IMG/VR virus record: IMGVR_UViG_3300029487_000028
Location: 1-36,101 of that record
DNA: 36,101 nt
Source: a virus
Reading direction: 5' to 3' (one strand)
The translations under genes and the position numbers were made by a program. Of the stretch, positions 18,636 through 26,134 are shown piece by piece (the stretch's first letter is position 1; each line of letters begins with the position of its first letter). Below the pieces are notes generated by a model. The model had not been told where the DNA came from, did no database searches, and worked only from the letters and a program-made list of their open reading frames with translations.

Positions 18636-18987
18636 GTCCCATCACCTCCCTCATTGCTTCAACCAGCCTCTTTTCAAGTTTGTCCTGGTCGGTCTTCACT
18701 TCCATCGTTACACCCTCCTGCTCTACCCACACGCCGTCCGTGCGCTTCGTAAATCCTGCTGGTGCAAAATTTCTGGCGTGTTCCAGCTCCGGCGTATGCC
18801 TGCACGTTGGATAGCTGCATTTCTCACAAGCCTTTCTGTCGCAGAGGAACAGGATATTCCGCTCTTTCGCCCGCGATACGCCGTTCGGCAGAAGAACGAC
18901 TGGCTGCCCAATCTCCGCCGCAAGCTTCTCCTGAAGCTTTTTCCGATCTCCGTCACGCAGTGCGACTGTGCATTCCAGCAAAATCAT
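18592..18987 (-). CDS. Hypothetical Cys-rich protein
   Basis: 131 aa, ATGA overlap with the upstream gene, CDRKACEKCSYPTC motif. Confidence 0.55.
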   Translation of the reverse strand: MILLECTVALRDGDRKKLQEKLAAEIGQPVVLLPNGVSRAKERNILFLCDRKACEKCSYPTCRHTPELEHARNFAPAGFTKRTDGVWVEQEGVTMEVKTDQDKLEKRLVEAMREVMGLEGEKRSPHGLALG

Positions 18988-19334
18988 TCCTGCGCCGCCT
19001 CCATTTCCTTGCGCTCCTGCATAAAACCGTGCAGGAACAGCTCCAGCAGAGCGGCGGCGCGGTTAGTCAGCTTGGTAAAGTCCTTTTTGCTGATCTGAAG
19101 CTTGCCGGTCGTGACGACCTCCGTGTCCACGCTGCCGATGATCTGGATCGTCGGATTCGGCTCCAATGTCTTTGTGCCGTCGTCCTCCACCCGGTAGAGC
19201 GGCGGCGTAGAGCGCTCCATGATGATCCGCGGCGGGTAAGTCTCGCCGTGGAAACTCGCGTCCCAGAATTGATTGTCATAGTCCGCGACAAACTCATCCA
19301 GTTCTGACGCGAACAGTCCCATGATTCCTGCCAT
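18984..19334 (-). CDS. Hypothetical protein
   Basis: Start at MAGIMGLF after a GAAAGGAG SD. 116 aa. Confidence 0.55.
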   Translation of the reverse strand: MAGIMGLFASELDEFVADYDNQFWDASFHGETYPPRIIMERSTPPLYRVEDDGTKTLEPNPTIQIIGSVDTEVVTTGKLQISKKDFTKLTNRAAALLELFLHGFMQERKEMEAAQE

Positions 19335-19348
19335 TTTTGTTTCTCCTT

Positions 19349-19738
19349 TCAGATTTCTTCGCACTCATTGGCGCGGATATTGATTCTTTTGCCGCCGGAC
19401 TCGATCACATATCCCGGCGCTTTGAACGTTGGGTACCGCTCCGCTTGGTATGTGGCTCCGATCCTTGGCTGGTATTCCGGCCATACCGGGACTTTGGCCG
19501 TTATGCGGATTCGGACGAGCCTGTGCGGCAGGCGCTTTTCTCCTTCCGGGCTCTCGGTGCGCAGGCCCTCCAGCTCCTTCGCAAGCTCCCGTCGGCGCTG
19601 CTCCAGTCTTTCTGCCTGCACTTTCCCGCGGCACTCCTTCGAGCAGCACCTTGTCTCCACCGTGATCGCGCTCGGCACTTTGTAAAATGTGGCCCCGCAG
19701 ACCTGGCAGACCAGCGCGACCTTGTTGGATTTGCCCAT
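19349..19738 (-). CDS. Hypothetical zinc-ribbon protein
   Basis: Start at MGKSNKVALVCQVCG after an AAGGAG SD. 129 aa. Confidence 0.55.
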   Translation of the reverse strand: MGKSNKVALVCQVCGATFYKVPSAITVETRCCSKECRGKVQAERLEQRRRELAKELEGLRTESPEGEKRLPHRLVRIRITAKVPVWPEYQPRIGATYQAERYPTFKAPGYVIESGGKRINIRANECEEI

Positions 19739-20115
19739 AGTTTCACACTCCTTCGTCTGGGGGCCGGTATTCCGGCCCCCGTAGGCAGGACGGGCTTTCA
19801 CCGTCTGCGCACCGGCGCGCCGCGCTCGCTTGACTTACGCTGCGCATTTCCGGGCGAGCCGCCCTTGACTGCCATCAGGCGGCTTATAAAAAAGGAGGCA
19901 AGCGATGCACGGGGCCTATGCGATACCCCGTGTGGGGTAACGTTGACGTTTTCCGTTCGCGCGCACGTTCCACACGCGCTTTTTATCCCCGGCGCACAGA
20001 GCTTGAGGGAACTTCCTGTGCGCCGGGTGCAAAGCCAGGGTGATCCTCCCGCAGCCGTCTCATGGCGGAGCGGCTGCGGCCAAAGTCCGAAAAAATATAG
20101 TCCCCGGCTGATTGC
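19739..20115. other. Hairpin-rich non-coding gap inside the early operon
   Basis: Four GC-rich stem-loops: 19759-19780 (9 bp), 19908-19932 (7 bp), 19988-20027 (12 bp) and 20049-20079 (9 bp). No convincing ORF. Confidence 0.6.
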
Positions 20116-20313
20116 CTATTCCTTGGTGCTGATATCCTTGTGCAGCAGTCCGTCCGGGCCCTTGACGAGCGGCAGCGCCCTGCGCCGCACCTGCTCATCC
20201 GGATTCCAGCCGCATTTCAGGCAGCAGGCCGTCGTGCGGTTCATGCAGGCGTTCCCGCTTTTCGGCAGGCCGCAGGGCATTCCCTGACGGCCCTCGTTTT
20301 TTTCTTCCTGCAT
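20116..20313 (-). CDS. Small Cys-rich protein
   Basis: 65 aa, CGLPKSGNACMNRTTACCLKCGW. Confidence 0.5.
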   Translation of the reverse strand: MQEEKNEGRQGMPCGLPKSGNACMNRTTACCLKCGWNPDEQVRRRALPLVKGPDGLLHKDISTKE

Positions 20314-20315
20314 TT

Positions 20316-20750
20316 TTAAATCTCCTGTATATCGATTCCAAATTTTGACCGCATGAATTTCCGGTTGCGCAGATATTCCTTGGTCCGCGTGGCGGTCGAC
20401 TTCACGTCCTCGACGACGAGCTTGCCGCCGAATTTGTACGAAAAGTCCGCCGTGTACCGCACTGCGCGGATGCGCTCGCCGGTTTCGGTGATGTAGCTCT
20501 CCTGCAAGGTGAACTGCGGTTGCAGTCGCAGATCGGAGATAATGCCAGCCCGGAGCATCACCATCAGCTCGTCGTACCGCCGCGCCTCCTTCTGGCTGTC
20601 GAAGCGCAGCTCTCCGCGCTCAGCGGGCGCGCTGTGATACTTCGAGGCCTTCTTCGGCGCCGCGGCAGCCCCCGGCAGCTGCTGCCGTGCATAAAGCTCC
20701 CGCATCCTCGGCGGCATGTCCGCCATGCTCTCAAACCGCAGTCCGCTCAT
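20316..20750 (-). CDS. DUF1064-family protein (nuclease-like fold)
   Basis: SKYHSAPAERGELRFDSQKEARRYDEL...LRLQPQF matches the DUF1064 signature. Confidence 0.7.
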   Translation of the reverse strand: MSGLRFESMADMPPRMRELYARQQLPGAAAAPKKASKYHSAPAERGELRFDSQKEARRYDELMVMLRAGIISDLRLQPQFTLQESYITETGERIRAVRYTADFSYKFGGKLVVEDVKSTATRTKEYLRNRKFMRSKFGIDIQEI

Positions 20751-21049
20751 TCGGCAGCACCGTCCATCTTTGCACCGCAGTTGGGGCAGTATGAGAAACT
20801 GCTCGCCATTGGCGCACCTTTCGTGATTCTGTAGCCCTTATTGCAGCCTGTGCAATACCAGTTTGAACGTACCCGTTTCCATCTTGCGTGCACCACCTCC
20901 GCAACGTCGGCGGCGGGCACTTTTTCAAGTAGTTTTACTGCAACGAGTACGGCGCAATTCCCGCACAGCCCAATGTCCGAGCACGTTCTGCATTGCTCCG
21001 ATTTTATGTATTTCAGCGCCGCCTCGCGGCTGATGTATTCGTCAGGCAT
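20747..21049 (-). CDS. Hypothetical zinc-ribbon protein
   Basis: 100 aa with CRTC, CGNC, CTGC and CPNCGAKM motifs. Confidence 0.6.
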   Translation of the reverse strand: MPDEYISREAALKYIKSEQCRTCSDIGLCGNCAVLVAVKLLEKVPAADVAEVVHARWKRVRSNWYCTGCNKGYRITKGAPMASSFSYCPNCGAKMDGAAE

Positions 21050-21245
21050 GGTTTACCCTCCTGTTCCAAGCCTCTCTGGCTTCCGTGTACGGATCTTCTA
21101 CAAATGTTGCCCGGAACTTAAATCCGGTTTTGCATTTTGTGCAGATCAGGCCAAGCGTGATAATCTTCTTCCCATAATTACACTGCACGGAGTTCGGCCC
21201 ATCGATTTCTCCGCCGCAGAACGGGCACGGGCGAAACTCAACCAT
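21042..21245 (-). CDS. Lar-family restriction alleviation protein
   Basis: MVEFRPCPFCGG ... CTKC ... EAREAWNRR matches the Lar signature. 67 aa. Confidence 0.7.
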   Translation of the reverse strand: MVEFRPCPFCGGEIDGPNSVQCNYGKKIITLGLICTKCKTGFKFRATFVEDPYTEAREAWNRRVNHA

Positions 21246-21702
21246 CCTTTCTCCCCTCCATCGCCCGCTCGACCTCTCCAATGCCAAAAAGCCCCACTTT
21301 CAGCCCGCTCGGCGTATTCTGTTCATGCGCATACGCCGTCAAATGGATATTCCAGTGATCCGGTCTGTAAGAAACTCCGTCCCGCACAATATCAACGTCA
21401 GAATATCCCTTGCACGGCAGCACGACGCACCGCCCGTCCTTGTCGGCCTCGGCAAGCTCGCGGAGGCGGGCAAGCGGCACGCCCTCAAATTCCGTGATCT
21501 CGGCCAGCGTTTTTCCCATCAACGCCACCTTCGCAGCAGTAACTTCCTCCGGCGTCAGCCCCGTATCCTCATAGGCCGCGAGTCGCTCTACAATCTTGTC
21601 GAACGCCGGGCAATCTATGCAGTCCATATCCACGTTGCAGTCTTCAGAGCATTTCATGTAGTGGTCTTCCGCGAGATAGTGCTTTTCAGTCAGTCGTTCC
21701 AT
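21238..21702 (-). CDS. Hypothetical Cys-rich protein
   Basis: Start at MERLTEKHY after a GGAGGAAGAGGC SD. 154 aa, ERLAAYEDTGLTPEEV motif. Confidence 0.55.
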   Translation of the reverse strand: MERLTEKHYLAEDHYMKCSEDCNVDMDCIDCPAFDKIVERLAAYEDTGLTPEEVTAAKVALMGKTLAEITEFEGVPLARLRELAEADKDGRCVVLPCKGYSDVDIVRDGVSYRPDHWNIHLTAYAHEQNTPSGLKVGLFGIGEVERAMEGRKDG

Positions 21703-21772
21703 GCCTCTTCCTCCACATACTGCCAGCTCTGCGGCGGGCGGGTGACCGTCTTGGGTTTTGCCTTGAGCGCTA

Positions 21773-22507
21773 TCATGCTCTTGCCTCCTGTTCCAATTCT
21801 GCGCGGAACCGTTGTTCCAGTTCAAACACGCCGCGCGGCTTGCCTTTGTAATAGCCTTTCATTGGCCTGTCTATTTTCCGTTGCAGGTCTTTCAGGCGCT
21901 CCCAGTATTCCGGCAGGTAAATACACATATTCCGCAGTTCCCGCAGGTTCTTGTTGCAGCAGCACCAGCACGAAACACGGTCCAGCTCGTCATAAAGGCG
22001 GATCGTGCCCTCCAGCCACGAAAACCCGTTTTCATAGCAATATGCCAGGGCGTCGGCTTTCGTCATGCCCCACTCCGCCAGCGGGTGCAATTTATACGGC
22101 TTCCGTTCTTTTTCCAGTCGTGGCGTTTCGTCGGCAGCTATGCCAACGTAAACCATAGCGTCCCGCGCCTCCGCGTACCTGTCCATGGCTTTCAGCTTCC
22201 CCGTGGTTCCCCAGCGGCAGAGGCCGCCACACCAGCCATAACCTTGGTGTGTGCCTTTCTGCTTACTGCAAACCGGCCTTTCCAGCATATCAAACAGGAA
22301 CGGGTTTTCCGGCTCCAGTCTGGTGTACTTGATCCCCAGCTGCTCCAGGCGGGGTAGCATTTGATCCCGTGTGTGGTAAACCGCCTCAAACTCCATTCCG
22401 GTATCGTAGAAAACCACCTCATTCAGCGGGTAGCCCTTGGCAATCAGCATTAGGAGCATGGCCAGGCTGTCCTTGCCCCAGCTGACACTTGCAATATGCC
22501 ATTTCAT
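21773..22507 (-). CDS. PAPS-reductase-family (PP-loop ATP pyrophosphatase) protein
   Basis: The N-terminal SWGKDS is a PP-loop variant. 244 aa with a C-terminal CWCCCNK Cys cluster. Confidence 0.75.
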   Translation of the reverse strand: MKWHIASVSWGKDSLAMLLMLIAKGYPLNEVVFYDTGMEFEAVYHTRDQMLPRLEQLGIKYTRLEPENPFLFDMLERPVCSKQKGTHQGYGWCGGLCRWGTTGKLKAMDRYAEARDAMVYVGIAADETPRLEKERKPYKLHPLAEWGMTKADALAYCYENGFSWLEGTIRLYDELDRVSCWCCCNKNLRELRNMCIYLPEYWERLKDLQRKIDRPMKGYYKGKPRGVFELEQRFRAELEQEARA

Positions 22508-22797
22508 TCCGCTTTTGCACCTCCAAACGCCGCCAGGGCGAAACAGATCTGCTTCCCAAGCGCGAAAATGTCGGCTTCGGCCTTCGCGTTCTCGGCGGTC
22601 AGGCGCTCGATGAGGTCGGCTGCGTCCATTCCAACCTTGTCAACGTCGCAGCTTGTCCATGTGTCCACTCCCAGCTTCTCTTTTTGCTCGGCTGTCATCT
22701 GCTCGGTCTTCCAGTATGGACATTTTTCGCAGTCTCCGGTCGGTCCGCCCGGTGTAGACGCGCACCGCAGCGCCTGCACGATCTCCTTCCCCGTCAT
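22504..22797 (-). CDS. Hypothetical protein
   Basis: Start at MTGKEIVQALRC after GGAGGGCACAAC. 97 aa. Confidence 0.55.
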   Translation of the reverse strand: MTGKEIVQALRCASTPGGPTGDCEKCPYWKTEQMTAEQKEKLGVDTWTSCDVDKVGMDAADLIERLTAENAKAEADIFALGKQICFALAAFGGAKAE

Positions 22798-23177
22798 GTT
22801 GTGCCCTCCATCGCCTTCCCCCACGCGGCTAGCTGGGCGCGGATGGCTGCGCAGAGCTTTCCGGCCTTATCCTCGTCCTTGATGTGGGAAATGGCCTGTG
22901 TCAGCTGGTTAAAGGCTGCCTGCCACTGGTAGAAATACAGCTGTGCAGCCGTTACGTCCTTGTCGGACATGGCGAGCTTTCTGCGCAGATCCTCGATCTC
23001 TCCGGTCAGACGCTCCTTTTCCGCGTCCGAAGAGGCGGTTTCCGCCATTGCCTTTGCCGCCGCCTCATCCGGCGCGATCATCTCCAGCAGCTGCTCGCCG
23101 CACATCCACACCGGGCCGCGCGGCCCCTGCTGCTTGCGAATGATCTCCGTTGCCTCTTGCAAATATTGATTTCCCAT
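22794..23177 (-). CDS. Hypothetical helical protein
   Basis: 127 aa, AAGGAGAG SD. Confidence 0.6.
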   Translation of the reverse strand: MGNQYLQEATEIIRKQQGPRGPVWMCGEQLLEMIAPDEAAAKAMAETASSDAEKERLTGEIEDLRRKLAMSDKDVTAAQLYFYQWQAAFNQLTQAISHIKDEDKAGKLCAAIRAQLAAWGKAMEGTT

Positions 23178-23185
23178 GTTATACT
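23157..23185 (+). promoter_or_regulatory. Plus-strand sigma70/sigmaA-type promoter (TTGCAA-17-TATACT with an extended TG)
   Basis: -35 at 23157-23162, TG at 23177-23178, -10 at 23180-23185. It points antisense to the early operon. Confidence 0.5.
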
Positions 23186-23191
23186 CTCCTT

Positions 23192-23264
23192 GTACTTAAC
23201 TTGTTATGGGGAAGTGTAGGCTTCTCCGCCCTCGTCCGGCTGGAAACGGGCGAGGGCATTTTTT
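23192..23264 (+). ncRNA. Candidate ~73-nt antisense small RNA
   Basis: It runs from the predicted transcription start after the -10 to an intrinsic terminator (11-bp stem plus T6). It lies wholly within the 85-nt gap between two minus-strand genes and is complementary to the SD of ORF 22794-23177. Confidence 0.45.
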
Positions 23265-23265
23265 A
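23228..23265 (+). terminator. Rho-independent terminator (plus strand only)
   Basis: gccctcgtccg-gctggaaa-cgggcgagggc followed by attttttat. On the minus strand the hairpin is not followed by a U tract. Confidence 0.6.
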
Positions 23266-23520
23266 TCCGAACATCCTGTCCGGCTGGTATCCAAGCTTGG
23301 CCACGCTTGCCGACTGGTGGTATTCCGGCCGCTTGAAGCTGTAGCCCCAGCGCTTGGCCGCCCAGAACAGGGCCGCCGTTTCATCCGCCGCGTGGACGGT
23401 CAGCTGCCGCCCTGCGTAATCCACCACGAAATAGTGCTTGCCGGTATATCCCGGCTGCTCGACGATATCCGTGCGCTTCGCGGGCTGCTCGCCTGGGTAA
23501 TTGATGCTATTTTGCCGCAT
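23263..23520 (-). CDS. Hypothetical protein
   Basis: 85-aa ORF in the early operon. Confidence 0.55.
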   Translation of the reverse strand: MRQNSINYPGEQPAKRTDIVEQPGYTGKHYFVVDYAGRQLTVHAADETAALFWAAKRWGYSFKRPEYHQSASVAKLGYQPDRMFG

Positions 23521-23755
23521 AGCTCTTGCCCCTCCTGTCTTTATTTGCCGCCCGCTCGATCTGCCGGATGGCGGCTATGTCCGGCTCCAGACTGATCTTG
23601 TCCCGGTGGTTGATTTCGTAGATGTGGTTCCGGATGCTCTCATAGAGCGTCCAGCTGCAGCAGCGTGCGCTGCATCCCGGCGCCCGGCCGGGGAAGTCCT
23701 TCGCGCACGGCGGCGGGATCTGCCGCATGCGCGGCGCGTAGATCTGCGCCGTCAT
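23507..23755 (-). CDS. Hypothetical protein
   Basis: 82-aa ORF. Confidence 0.5.
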   Translation of the reverse strand: MTAQIYAPRMRQIPPPCAKDFPGRAPGCSARCCSWTLYESIRNHIYEINHRDKISLEPDIAAIRQIERAANKDRRGKSYAAK

Positions 23756-23976
23756 AGTGCTTCGTCCTGCACTTTCATGAGCCAGTACGCCAGCTTTTGC
23801 AGCCGCGTCTCCTGCGCCAGCAGCGCGTCCGTTGTTTCGTGGTCGATTTTAGGCATTTCGCACAGGAGCGCCCGATCATTCTTGAGATCGTCCGCGTAGG
23901 CGTTCACCGCCTCGATCACGTCCGCCAGCTGGTCAGGGCGAAAGTCGACCGTGATCTTTCTCTCCTTCACAGGCAT
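23752..23976 (-). CDS. Hypothetical protein
   Basis: Start moved to MPVKERKITV. 74 aa. Confidence 0.5.
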   Translation of the reverse strand: MPVKERKITVDFRPDQLADVIEAVNAYADDLKNDRALLCEMPKIDHETTDALLAQETRLQKLAYWLMKVQDEAL

Positions 23977-24233
23977 ATCCCTGTAAAAAACGTCATCAGC
24001 GATACGCCACCTAGGACGGCGGCGATCTCCGCCGCGTGGGCGCATCCCGCGATGATGCACAGCGCGAAGCCCACGCCCGACAGCCAGATGCACCCCAGCC
24101 GCGCCAGCCGTCGCATGGCCTTGCGCCACTGGTAGATCGCCCGGATTCTCTCCCGGCGCTCCTCCAGGCTTTCACCTTCAGGAACTTCCGGCGGCTCATA
24201 CCCGATCCGCCGCTCTGCAAGATTCGTTCTCAT
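23967..24233 (-). CDS. Small membrane protein (2 TM)
   Basis: 88 aa, hydrophobic C-terminal half. Confidence 0.5.
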   Translation of the reverse strand: MRTNLAERRIGYEPPEVPEGESLEERRERIRAIYQWRKAMRRLARLGCIWLSGVGFALCIIAGCAHAAEIAAVLGGVSLMTFFTGICL

Positions 24234-24481
24234 TCTGCGTCCTCCTTCGTCTCCGGCAGGCGTTCTGCCGATTCTACCAGTGCCATAAGCCGCTTGTAGT
24301 TCTCCGTCCTTTCCCTGTCGCGTTTTGCGAGGTTTGCATACCGTTCAGACAATTCCTCCACTTGCGCGTGTGCAGCCATGTTCTCGTGCTCATTAGCCGC
24401 ATTGTTGGTTACGATCACAAGCAGCTCCAGCGTGTGCTTCAGCTCAAACCAATCGTCTCCGCTGAGAATCAGTTTCCGCAT
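24230..24481 (-). CDS. Hypothetical protein
   Basis: Start at MRKLILSG after AGGAGGATAAGCGGA. 83 aa. Confidence 0.5.
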   Translation of the reverse strand: MRKLILSGDDWFELKHTLELLVIVTNNAANEHENMAAHAQVEELSERYANLAKRDRERTENYKRLMALVESAERLPETKEDAE

Positions 24482-24695
24482 TCCGCTTATCCTCCTTCGT
24501 CTCCTGCATCCGCCTGACGAGCCGCGCCAGACGGGCATTTTGTGTCACGAGCTTCTGCGCGTCCATGTCCAGCCCCTTGCGCTTGAGTCCGTTAATGATC
24601 TGCGCCGCCTGGCACTCACGCACCAGCGCCGCCTCGATCAGGTCGTGCAGCTCCTGCGCATCCAGCGTCAGGGTGTAGGTACGGGCATTTGCCAT
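24444..24695 (-). CDS. Hypothetical protein
   Basis: Start at MANARTYTL after GGAGGCTATTAACC. 83 aa. Confidence 0.5.
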   Translation of the reverse strand: MANARTYTLTLDAQELHDLIEAALVRECQAAQIINGLKRKGLDMDAQKLVTQNARLARLVRRMQETKEDKRNAETDSQRRRLV

Positions 24696-24697
24696 GG

Positions 24698-24931
24698 TTA
24701 ATAGCCTCCTTCGTGTTCCAGCAGCCAGTTTTTCAGCTGCACCTGTGCGGTTGCGAAGCACAACTCCGCGTCGAAGTCCTGGACGTTGACGAGTTCTTCG
24801 TCGTCCCCGCCGTAGGCGGTTCCCCTCCGCCACACCCGGACACCCCAGTCCGTCACCTTGCTGTAGGTGATCTCAAGGTGCATCGGGTAGGTCTTCACCT
24901 TCTCGGCAAAAAACTTGAGGAAATCATCCAT
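24698..24931 (-). CDS. Hypothetical protein
   Basis: Start at MDDFLKFF after an AAAGGAG SD. 77 aa. Confidence 0.5.
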   Translation of the reverse strand: MDDFLKFFAEKVKTYPMHLEITYSKVTDWGVRVWRRGTAYGGDDEELVNVQDFDAELCFATAQVQLKNWLLEHEGGY

Positions 24932-25118
24932 TCCCAAGCTCCTTTCTGAGTCGCCCCGCGATGGCTGCGCAGCGCTCTGCGTGCTCACATCTGATCTCTG
25001 TATCCGTGAAGCTCTCAGCGTGCCTCTCGCATGTGCTCCCGTATGCCGTCAGTCTTGTCACCGTCGCTTCAAACAGCGGGCAGTTTTGGCAATAATCCTC
25101 TACGATCAGCTCTATCAC
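24924..25118 (-). CDS. Hypothetical Cys-containing protein
   Basis: 64 aa, GTG start. Confidence 0.45.
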   Translation of the reverse strand: MIELIVEDYCQNCPLFEATVTRLTAYGSTCERHAESFTDTEIRCEHAERCAAIAGRLRKELGNG

Positions 25119-25288
25119 GTCTTCTTCGCCTCCTTCTGTTCCTGTTCCCGGCGGTATCGTTCCGCCGCCAAGCGGGCAAAGGCGTCGATCACGGGTTCGC
25201 CGTTTTCTTCGCCGGGATGCTTAAATTCAAAAGTTTCGCCGGGGAGAAATCTCCCGTCCGGCCCCCGTTTCCCAAAAACGGCAATCAT
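25115..25288 (-). CDS. Small hypothetical protein (57 aa, not in the ORF track)
   Basis: ATG at 25288 after AAAGGAGGCGTGAGACC. MIAVFGKRGPDGRFLPGETFEFKHPGEENGEPVIDAF.... Confidence 0.5.
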   Translation of the reverse strand: MIAVFGKRGPDGRFLPGETFEFKHPGEENGEPVIDAFARLAAERYRREQEQKEAKKT

Positions 25289-25310
25289 GGTCTCACGCCT
25301 CCTTTTCCGC

Positions 25311-25339
25311 TTGCCCCCAGCCCTGCCGCGTGGTAAGAT
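25311..25339 (+). promoter_or_regulatory. Plus-strand promoter (TTGCCC-17-TAAGAT with an extended TG)
   Basis: -35 at 25311-25316, TG at 25331-25332, -10 at 25334-25339. It lies upstream of ORF 25360. Confidence 0.4.
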
Positions 25340-25359
25340 GTGGGCGGGTGGTGTTTTTT

Positions 25360-25686
25360 ATGACTGATAAACAACTTAAAATTTGCGCCGTTGTCGTTCG
25401 CAGGCACAGGCTCGGCGACATTCTCGGCGAAACCGGCTGTGGCGACTATCTGGCGCTTCAAGACGCTATGCCCGTCGGGGCACTCAACTTTAGCGACTAT
25501 GCGCAGAATGACGATACACTTGTATCGCTGGCCGACTTTGCGCGGGAGGAATACGACAAGCACGTCCGGGACGCTTCCCGACATAAACTCTCACTTTTCT
25601 TTTCTTCTGCGGCCCTCATCATTTCCATCATCGCTTTGCTCTTTTCGTCCAGTTCGCTTTTCGGCTGGCCGTTTACGCCCGCGTAA
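25360..25686 (+). CDS. Opposite-strand tail-anchored membrane protein embedded in the early operon (moron candidate)
   Basis: 108 aa with a soluble N-terminal domain and a C-terminal TM (LSLFFSSAALIISIIALLFSSSSLFGW). It has its own promoter. The competing minus ORF 25285-25584 cannot be excluded. Confidence 0.45.
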   Translation: MTDKQLKICAVVVRRHRLGDILGETGCGDYLALQDAMPVGALNFSDYAQNDDTLVSLADFAREEYDKHVRDASRHKLSLFFSSAALIISIIALLFSSSSLFGWPFTPA

Positions 25687-25840
25687 AGGCGATGATGGCG
25701 ACGGCCATCGTCAACAGCGATACGACCAGCGAAGCGATCCCAAGCGACAGGCTGATGATTGCCCTCCGCTTGCGCGTCCGTTCCCGGTCACGCGCTTCTT
25801 CCCGCGCCCATCTGGCGAGCTTTTCTTCTTGGGTTTCCAC
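25673..25840 (-). CDS. Tail-anchored mini-protein (55 aa, not in the ORF track)
   Basis: GTG start. An E/R-rich N-terminal helix is followed by a TM segment: METQEEKLARWAREEARDRERTRKRRAIISLSLGIASLVVSLLTMAVAIIAFTRA. Confidence 0.4.
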   Translation of the reverse strand: METQEEKLARWAREEARDRERTRKRRAIISLSLGIASLVVSLLTMAVAIIAFTRA

Positions 25841-25844
25841 CGCC

Positions 25845-25982
25845 TCACGCTCCCTTAATCGCCACGATCAGCGCGGCCAGCGCGACGATCATGTTGACCG
25901 CGAAATTCCACAGCGTTTCCCGTCTGCGTTCCCGCAGGTCTTCTCGCCGCCATTCTTCCAGACGGCGTTCGATTTCTTCCAC
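25845..25982 (-). CDS. Tail-anchored mini-protein (45 aa, not in the ORF track)
   Basis: GTG lies 9 nt after AAGGAGG. MEEIERRLEEWRREDLRERRRETLWNFAVNMIVALAALIVAIKGA has the same architecture as the next ORF. Confidence 0.4.
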   Translation of the reverse strand: MEEIERRLEEWRREDLRERRRETLWNFAVNMIVALAALIVAIKGA

Positions 25983-25987
25983 CGGCG

Positions 25988-26134
25988 TTACGCCTCCTTC
26001 CGATCCTCCTGCTTGCCTTCCTTCGCCAGCGCCATGCCATAGGCGATATCGCTCAGACGCTGCATCTGCGCGGGCGTCAGCTTCTCGGTGCTTTTGTTCA
26101 GGTTTTCGATTGCCTGCTTTTCCTTCTCGGACAT
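25988..26134 (-). CDS. First early gene (Cro position), small helical protein
   Basis: Start at MSEKEKQAI after GAGGTGAGAAAA. 48 aa, divergent from the repressor gene. Confidence 0.5.
   Translation of the reverse strand: MSEKEKQAIENLNKSTEKLTPAQMQRLSDIAYGMALAKEGKQEDRKEA

Noticed and set aside
19802-20115. In-frame open reading frame of about 100 codons continuing after the TAG stop of ORF 20116-20313 (possible stop-codon readthrough).
   Set aside because: The translated sequence is Arg/Gly/Pro/Ser-rich with no protein-like pattern. Open frames of this length are expected by chance in GC-rich DNA, and the region is better explained by its hairpins.
25285-25584. Minus-strand 99-aa ORF that would keep this segment co-directional with the early operon; it has an ATGA overlap with the next gene.
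   Set aside because: Not fully excluded. It is codon-register antisense to the plus ORF, has only a weak SD and runs across the plus-strand promoter. It would also leave the clean TM-encoding stretch at 25590-25672 unexplained. The plus ORF is kept as the preferred model at low confidence.
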